This document shows, in pieces, positions 55,140-64,000 of a stretch of DNA of 64,000 nt (position 1 is the stretch's first letter; the number at the start of each line of letters is the position of its first letter). Under the pieces are notes generated by a model that was given only the letters and a program-made list of their open reading frames with translations, was not told the origin of the DNA and did no database searches. Source of the stretch: Trichoplax sp. H2 (taxonomy: Eukaryota); NCBI GenBank assembly GCA_003344405.1, contig NOWV01000225.1:1-64000 (forward strand), given 5' to 3'. The position numbers and the translations under genes are program-made.

Positions 55140-58100
55140 TCACGCCTGACGGGCTAGAGTATCTCTGATATTCTTATCTAGCTCACGGATTATTTTATCG
55201 TCTACTGTATATGCCCCAGCGCTCATTAAAGTATCTCGTTCTTCAATTAGTCTGGCAATCTGCTGTTCTAATTCTTCCTGGTTGACTTCAGCGGCGATAG
55301 CTTGTTTCTTTTGTTTTTCCTTTAATTCAGTTGATAATTCCTGGGTCTTGTGGCCTGTCTGCCGAATTGATGTAGCCAGGCTGCAAGTATTGAAATAGAT
55401 CATCATTTACAGATAAATACAATATTCTCTGAGGTCTTGAATCAGTACGCTGAAGCAAGGTTGGTTACAGACCAAAAATTAGCAGTAATATCTAAATTTA
55501 GAATCCATTGCTCTACAGCAGAACGGATTCAATCTACTATTTCACCCATCAATACGAGTTGATACTATTGTGTTGATAAGTTTAGTTACCTTTTAATCTC
55601 CTCTTTTAATGTTTCCAACTCATTTTTATCATTTTTCATTACTCCCTTTTCTTCTTGCGCTAAATAGCGCAATCGTAAATGTTCTAACTCTCTGGCTTGT
55701 TTCTGCAGTCTAGTCTTTTCATTTACACGTTCACGTTCTCTCAACCGCGCTAATTCTTTCAATGCTTCACTCCATTGTTCTTTGTAATGTTGCTTCGATT
55801 TTATAGTAGCATCCAGCTTTCGTTGTAGCTCAACCTAAGCAATCGTAACAAAATAGTAACTCGTTAGGATTATATTCTAAGAATAATGGACTTTAACGAT
55901 AGAAAAAATGACAAATTATCCAATAAATTTCAAACCTTTTCCAATGTTAACATGTTAATATCAGCTCTGAGCTGTGCCTCAGGTTTACTATTTTGTTGAT
56001 TCTTATACTTATCAAAATCTGATTCCCTTTCTCTATATCTATTCTCAGCTTCTTTCAACTGCAAAATTCCGGGAGAGGATAAATAAATTTGTTATGACTG
56101 GATTCATTTCCGAATAAAAAATCTCAGTAGGATTAATAGCAAATAAAATAAACAAGAGCTACTAACATCGGCGAATAACTTTTGTTTTTGCTCTTCTAAA
56201 TCAAGAACCTTAGCCCTAAAAGGATAGAATTAAAATTGATTACTAATTTATCATAGATGGCATTACAAATGCTGATCAATGTAATGTATACCTTTCCAAT
56301 GTAACTCGATGTTCACAATCTTCTTGGAATCTTCTAGATGCTTCGTTCATTTCATTCAGTTTTAACTGTAATTCCCTTTGGATTTCATCCCGTAAACGAC
56401 TCAGTTCATTCTCTCCTAAGGTTAGCTGTCTCTCACGTTTTTCTAAGTCAGCAATAGAGGTCTTAAGTTTATCCGTCAACTTGGTATATTCATCAACCTG
56501 AGAGGTAAAGAATAAACGCAGATTTACTAACAATTGCTATTATAAAAATCTATAAAGAATCCACTTCGAAATTCACCTTCTTTCTAACTAGAATCTCTCG
56601 TTCACTGTCTCTCTGTTTCCACTCTTGGGCCATCAGTCTCATGTATTCCTCTTCCTTCTTTTTTAACTGTGTGAAACAGGATAAGCATATTTGGCAATTC
56701 TGTTTTTAATTGGATAGCAAAATTTATTGTTAGTAACCTCAGCGAGAAATAAGTCCTTTTGTTTTTCTTTCCAAATTTCCAGTTCTAACGCTGCCTGGTA
56801 TTGTGGCGTTTCACGGTAGTGCTTTTCAAATTGATCAACATCAGAATGATTGTACGTATCAGTTTGGTTATGGGCGTTTGCTGCAATTGAAGGTACATCG
56901 GATGACTAAACAAAAAGGATGAATGTCAGCAATGATACAATAGCATATAAGAGCTAATAAGAAATGAATGCAAATAAACTTACACGTGATGCAGTCGTAT
57001 CAGGTTTTAAAACTTCGCCTAAATCGTCCAGTTCTAGTATGATATCTAAATTACCAATTCTTTTCGATCTAGGAGTAGGTCAATCATGTAACATAACACA
57101 TAAATGTCGAATTGCTACTATTCTAAACTCAAGAAATCATGAATCTGTAAACGACACGAAATTTACGAAATTGGGATCTAGCATGATCTAATAGAGATAA
57201 TAACTTACTCTGATGAGGAAGTGATGTGCGTTGTCCGCTTAACACTTTGCTTATAACCTACGGACCCAGTGCTAAGCTGTGAATACAGATTATGTACATA
57301 AACAGGTAAAACCCATGTTAACAACCTTCTCGAAATACTGACAAATGAATGAATCCAAAATCAATGAAACGACTAACGGAAACAAGATCTTACAGAAATC
57401 TTTTGCTTATCACATTGTAATACTTCAGCTAGTGAAATTTGAGCTAGACCCATCAATACATCATTGCTGACTTTATCACGATGCCACACTTCAACCATTA
57501 AGGGCGTACTAAATTATTAAAAATGTTTAATTACTTATCATACCGACGATGATTTTTATATTTACAAAAATAATATCCACTATCATCTGACTGAACAAAA
57601 CTTACTTGGTTGTAGTATCGCGCAACATTTTAGGCGTACAAGCGAAATTAAAGGTGCAATGAGAGTTAGGAAGTCTAGCTTCCATATTACGAGTGATTTC
57701 AATCGGTGGAGCTGTAATAATCGGAGAGCTACTCCCAAAATATGGATACGTATATCTATCAAAACAAAAGCAATCATTAATATATATCATAAATACAGTA
57801 CAGTATGTCATAATTCTAACAATGTGCTTATACCTCAAAAAGCAGTTACAATAAAAGCCGACATTTAAGTTTCGAATTGTTCTAAGGTCGATTGTAAATC
57901 GATAATGATGTTGCCCTTGCTCTATTCTGGCAGCTATTGCTTGATATTGATTAGAACCAGTGAGTACAGACGTTGTCGCCTTTGCATTATTTTCATCTAG
58001 ATATTGATTAACGGCTGTTGATACTGGCTCTGCAGGTTTTCCTATTTCCTACATGATATTTTTTAAAGTAGATAATTGATTTTTTTAATCAAATTCTTAT

Positions 58101-61100
58101 TATTAATTAACAATTCTTGATATTTAAATTTGATTACCTCCTGATTTAAAATATCTTTTCCAGCATTAGGGTTACTATCGTAAGTACTATGAGGCTTTTC
58201 ACCCAATTTTTGACCCTCATCATCAAGTACCACTGTCTTTATATTTTCCTCTATCGATTTAATGGAGTATATGGGTTGGTTCTTTTCCTTCGCTTGGCCA
58301 TCTTCTCTTTTTCCTTGATTTTCCCGATCAACAGTCATTTCGTTCGATTTGCTTTTGCTAGCTTGAGTTTCTGTTGACTGTGACAACCTTCTTAAAGTGA
58401 TGGTAACACTGACTGCAGGTGCTACTGCATCAGAGTCCCAGGGTGTCAACTGATTTGGCATAAGTAAGTGGAACATTCCATCTACTGCGGTTGATCCTAA
58501 CTTTTGCAATAATCCTTGAGTGGGAACTTGAGCAACACCAAGGACTTGTTGACCACAACAAAGATCGATCTGCAATAGATTAATAACGATTTCTTAAATC
58601 TGCCTACTAGTAATTTGTAAATTTTACCTTGAGGATTTAAATAGAGACGAATAAAATATTTTAATTTATTATACCTCAATGGCCGGATTACGACTAAAGT
58701 AATTTATTAAGTACTCGGGATTACTTCGTAGTCGAACCGATGCTCGTTCTGGTTTAAATTCAGGATTCAGTAGATCGTAAAAATACATATTTGTAATTTC
58801 GTTATCGAAAATATAGTATCGAAAATAGTATCCAGCAACGGAAGGATTCTTTTCTGACAATCGTGCTGATGATGGGATTAGCTAACAAATAGAGAACACT
58901 GTATGGTTAAAAATGATAGTCATAATATATGTATATTTACCAGTGTAAGTCTTGGATTGTATTACTTATCATAATGCAGCAATAACCTGTATTAAATTTT
59001 TTCCATATAGTATAGATAAGGATAGCAAAAAATGATCTGCTGCCCTCTTATTAGGCCCAATTTGGAAAAAGAATCCTTCGCTATCTTCTACTAAGACCGG
59101 ATTGATCTTTGTATGAAATTCGTCTTCGGATGCACTTGACAACTCGCTACCTGATTTATGTGCTAGTAAAATATAGTACAATAACGCTCTTGATGCCAGT
59201 CTATTACACGGTTTATAATTCACAAATAAAGATGTGTACTGTACACTACGTAATATTGCATGTAGGCAATCGACTAACGATTATAGCATGCTTACGTTTT
59301 TGATTTTTATGCAAGTATTTAGGCAAAGGTTGAGCAGTAAAATTATTTTCGTTATCTTCATTAGCTTCACTTTCTAAGGTCATCATTACTTGCAATTCCG
59401 GTTTTCTCTTTTTATAATTACCGGACGTACTGAGTAAAGGATACCAAATTGCCTTCTAAATCGTATCAGGATTGATTTGATTTTAAGGATAAATACTATG
59501 CAAATTAAGAATTAAAAGTCATCAAAAGGTTATTTATTTGTTATCTCACTTGTGGCTTTTTCTGCGCCATTCTTAAATCTAACATGATATAGCCAGCAAC
59601 TTCTCGTGTACCAATACTTAAGTCTTCAACAATGCACTAACAATTGCATGATATTAGCGTCAAGAAGAATTCACAATCAATCAGATACAAAGCTATATTG
59701 TATAATATATGATAACTATTAAGTAATAAACTAGTGTTTGCCTTTATATAATTGGGAATGCATGATATCACTACACTTGTACCTGTAGTTTAATTGGTGT
59801 CCTTTGCATACGGTGTTGGTGTAATGCCTTCTTGTCCATTTCCCATGCTAGTTCAGTCCCAAAGAATGGCGAGCTAGTATGCCCGACAGGATCCGTACTC
59901 ATAGATTCACCATCAAACTTAGTTTCTACCGTGAGCTGATGATTTTGCAATCTTGGAAAGTATCGACCTTTCAAATTACAACCATTTTACTTATTTATGA
60001 TCTCAAGTAAGTGTTCGTGTGAAATATAAAAACTTTTAAAGATGACATTATGCATCATGCGATAGCTAATGACAATATTAATCGCAAGTGCACACGATCT
60101 ACAGGTTTGATCGCATTCATCTAAGCAGTTAGTGTAACAATCGATGAGAGGAAATAAACGTTATCCCATCACATATATTACGTACGTATTATTATAGCGT
60201 AGGCTGTAACAATAAATCTAGGTTAATTCATTAAAAATCAAGGAACTGACTAAAATTATATTGTAATTATAAGGTGGCGAAATCCCTTTGACGGTTGTAA
60301 AATGAATCCGTAAACTGAAACGATATTGCTTAAATGCACAGTACTAGTATTCATCGAATACCTTAATCGTTCTATTACTCGTATAAATGGTAAATGTAAT
60401 AGCACTCAAACATATCATCAAGAACCTAAATTATAGCATTGTGAGATCTCAAGAATTGTTCATTCCATCATTTATCAACAGTTGATTGTCTCGCTACTTG
60501 TATCCATCATTACCTCCAATTTTCACTTTAATCGACAGTTGTTGTATAGTAAGTAGCCTACATGGAATGCAATCTATCAGAGACTGGGTGGCATTTGTAC
60601 AGTACAGTATGATAGTAGTTGATCTTGTTATTACCAGTATCTCCAATTTGAATTTGAATTTGAATTGATCGTTTATGCACGTAGTCTACATGAAAATGCA
60701 ATCTATCAGGATTACATGTCTATACGATGACTTTGCATTTGGTATCCGAGACTGGAAGCAACATTTGTAACCGTTAATTAAACTTGTTATTATTATCAGT
60801 ATCTCCAATTTGAATTTAAATTTGAATCGTTGGTTTATACACGTAGCCTACAAAGGTTGCAAATGTAAGAAGACTTTGCATCGGGTATCCGAGACTGTGC
60901 ACCATTTGTAGTAGTTCAACTTGTTATTCAAATTATCCGTACCGCCAATTTAAAAATTGAATTTAAATCGATCGTTTATACAGGTAGCCTAGATGGGAAT
61001 ACAATCAATCAGCATTGCATGTACGATGACTTAGCATTTGGTATCTGAGATTGGGCGACATTTGTAGTGTGATAATTGCTATTATTATAAAAGGAGAGCA

Positions 61101-61639
61101 TTTGAGTGATAACGTTGAAATTTTACAAAGTGATAGGGAATCCATTGGAATTGTTTAGATAAGCGATGGATTTGTTGCTCGACACAAGTAAAGCAATATC
61201 ACTCGATGGCAGTACCGTATTACACGGACAAGAAAAAATAATCGTTACTAATGCATAAGCCCTCAAAATTAAGGTAGTATAATACTAATATTGCACAATA
61301 TTGGCCTTTTCAATTGAGTCCATCAATATTTCAAGAGGCTACTTGCACTATGTGTCTATTTCTATTGGCCAAATGATATATTTAGTCGTGAATCATCATA
61401 GTGGAGGTAGGGACTTGTATGATGGTCCATCGGACGAGCGAGTTCCGATTGACAGCAAGCTTGTGAATTCCAATCGGCGGCTACGGACAATGTTGGAAAA
61501 GTGGGATTCTGTATCTTGTGTTACACTAACAAATCATTCATCATCTATTTCATTCACCATCCATCAAGGATGATGAAAGTTATATAGGCTTACCTTCCAA
61601 TATTGTGACGACAACTAAAAACTTCTGGGTGCCCGCCAT
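55140..61639 (-). CDS. CEP120: Centrosomal protein of 120 kDa (C2 domains plus C-terminal coiled coil), multi-exon
   Basis: Exon 1 (61594-61639) [16 protein letters not shown] splices to RYFP...[17 protein letters not shown]...[27 protein letters not shown]. Further exons include [17 protein letters not shown] and coiled-coil segments. The terminal exon reads [25 protein letters not shown] with stop at 55140. Confidence 0.92.
60555..61070. repeat. Degenerate tandem repeat, about 130-160-bp unit, 3-4 copies, in CEP120 intron 1
   Basis: Recurrent AATGCAATCTATCAG, GACTTTGCAT..GGTATCCGAGACT and CAGTATCTCCAATTTGAATTT blocks. Confidence 0.75.
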
Positions 61640-63691
61640 GATTGCAATGGACTTGCCAACTAGCAGGTCAATGCTGTGAAAGACTGACACGACTTGGCGC
61701 TTCAGTTGCCTGACTCTTTATTACCGTACAGTACTGTACGCTACAGTGGAAGGGCATGGGCTACTACTGTAGACCGTACCGATACCTTTAGTCTGTATAG
61801 CATCCTAAACATAGCGTACAGTACATGCACACAGTCTAGAAACTACAGAACTCGGCTGAAGGGAAACGGCAGTGAGTGTCAGTCACCGTACCGTACTGGT
61901 ATCCGTCACCTACCAGACTGCGCTTGCAGGCCATAGTCAGAGGGTCTTCCATATTAAACCATCAATGTCTTAATTTCATGGTGTTATTTGCAGTCAAGGG
62001 GAAAAATCAGATGTTGAACGATGGAAATAACATAGTCTCTCTCTCTCTCTGTAGGGTCTTATGCAGTATTATAGCATTTGTAAGTAGTATCTAAAACATT
62101 TCTCGATTTTTCTGTACTCCCTTGGTCATGACACTATGCCAACGACTATTAGTCGGTCGATGGATTTGACATGGTTAGGCGATTGCACTTTGATACGTGA
62201 TTAGCCTATCAATTTATTTCAATTAGTCTTAAAATGTACGAATTAGTTTGCTAATCGCTGATGAATTGCTATCGTTGTGGGATTGAGTCCTAATCTCAAT
62301 GAAGACAGGATGCTTAGCTATACAGTAAAATGGCAACCTACCGTAAACACGACTAGACTAAAAAATTGGCGGTAAAATTAGAAATAGAGCGCTGGCATTT
62401 TGCTGCAATTGGTACGCGTGCGCATCGCTACCACAACACTGACTCAGCTCACATCACAAGTTATCAAGGTCTCTGCAACCCTAAACGATGAGGCTTGACT
62501 GTTTGCTGCTCTCTCTATTTTAGTAGTTCCTTTGATCCAATACGTTTGGTCTCATGATGATGGATCATGTAGTTTTATACCGAGTGATTAGTGTATTTAT
62601 ACGCATCGATATAAACATACAAAATTTGAAATTTGTAGACGATTTATTAGACGCACCAGCCTAAAATAAACATAGTACCAAATTTTAAATTCACCAGCAA
62701 TATCGATCTTGCCTGGGTGCTGCATCGAATAAATCTTGACCTAAATTAGATGGTTTCAGTATGAATCAATTCCGCCTTTAAGTTCTTAAAAGCCCTTCTT
62801 TCGTAGCTCTTGGTTTTAATCAAGATGTATCCATCGTCGATCAGTTTCACTGAGAAAGATGCATCCTACATATGCAAATCTAGACATGCACACACTGTAA
62901 TTGTGCACAAAAGTAAGCACAATACAGTACAGCAGAATATTAATTTAGACACTCTCGCTGCGGCATCAACTACTTTTAAATATGCTGAGACGATTGAATT
63001 ACGCTTGAAATGAATAGACCAAAATCTTTCATTTCCTAGTAGTTCGATTGGCCTCCATTAATCTTGACTTAAATCTGGAAAAGTGCATTCTCATAACTAT
63101 TCAAATGTATTTGCAACATGTTCAAACAAACTGCATCTCAATTACAGAGCGAACTGTTACGAGAAGATAGATGAGCTATAAATCATCAAATGGATAAAAT
63201 ATCTTTACATCAAGAATATAAACACAGTTTAAGGATTTCCTTGAGTATCAATATAAAAGTAAAAGTCCATAATAAAAGAAAAATTACTGGTTAGGCTCTC
63301 AAATCCTCCATCTCGATAGCCTAGAATCACAATTAAGTTCAAAGTAGTCCTGACACCATGGACATTAATTAAGGTATCGATATGCATGTATCCTACGTTT
63401 AATCAGGACACGTCAACAACATTAAAAGTTGAAAAGGTCTATAAACTATAGATAAATTGTTTGTACATTTTATATGTAGTTTATAATATGTATATTGTCG
63501 GAATAATCCAGTTCATTTTTGTTGCATGAATCGAAAAAGAACTAGTAGGATAGTGAAATTGATCTCAATAATTTACTGTATTCACTTTAGATAATAATGT
63601 TATATGTATACTGCACTGGTATATACAAAATGAATGTCTTGTATTAAATCAATTCTACATACAATAATAAAAATAAAAAATATACTGTATG

Positions 63692-64000
63692 TTAATAGCC
63701 GGCTTCGTATAATTCTTCAACTTGAGAAAGTAGTTTTAGCAATGCATCCGGACAGTACGGAAACAGATCCTTTTCTTTTAATCTTTCAATGGCTAAATTT
63801 AAGCGGATTAAAACCGCCATAGTTTTATCCAAAGTGTACTCGCAGTCTCTCGTACTACTAAAAGATTCAGATGAAGATATTGATGATATACTTTGGCTGT
63901 AAAGTTCTTCCAACGATGATATTGAAGATACGTCATCACCATTCTCAGTATCTTTTGAATAATTTTCAAATGATGATAGCAAACTTATGTCGTAATGATG
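63692..64000 (-). CDS. LINS1: 3' terminal coding part of a protein Lines homolog (Lines C-terminal motif)
   Basis: The C-terminus MAVLIRLNLAIERLKEKDLFPYCPDALLKLL resembles the Lines C-terminal motif (AIxRLxxKNLFPYNPxALLKLL). The ORF runs off the right edge. Confidence 0.7.
   Translation of the reverse strand, partial: HHYDISLLSSFENYSKDTENGDDVSSISSLEELYSQSISSISSSESFSSTRDCEYTLDKTMAVLIRLNLAIERLKEKDLFPYCPDALLKLLSQVEELYEAGY

Noticed and set aside
62320..63330. Possible small gene between CEP120 and the Lines homolog
   Set aside because: I could not build a consistent open spliced frame on either strand by eye. Transcript data would be needed.

Overview
AT-rich, intron-rich animal genomic DNA. 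The short introns and tandem Nav2-like channels suggest an early-branching metazoan such as the placozoan Trichoplax, but this is inference. About 47 kb of the window is a head-to-tail array of three four-domain voltage-gated Na/Ca channel alpha-subunit genes (Nav2/SCN-like) on the minus strand: A (34661-47202), B (14731-30391) and C (<1-11798, cut by the window edge in the domain III pore loop). Manual splicing gives selectivity filters DEEA (A), DEDA (B) and DE?? (C). The domain III voltage sensor has degenerated in B and C by different substitutions. One homologous U12 intron has three different termini across the paralogs (AT-AC, GT-AG, AT-AA). To the right are RPL36A/eL42 (+ strand; degenerate Zn ribbon; intronic SNORD38 and candidate H/ACA snoRNAs), CEP120 (- strand) and the 3' end of a LINS1/Lines homolog (- strand). 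The window also has several intronic or intergenic tandem repeats, TACAGTA-motif clusters upstream of RPL36A and CEP120, and one assembly gap. All exon assignments were read by hand without transcript data.
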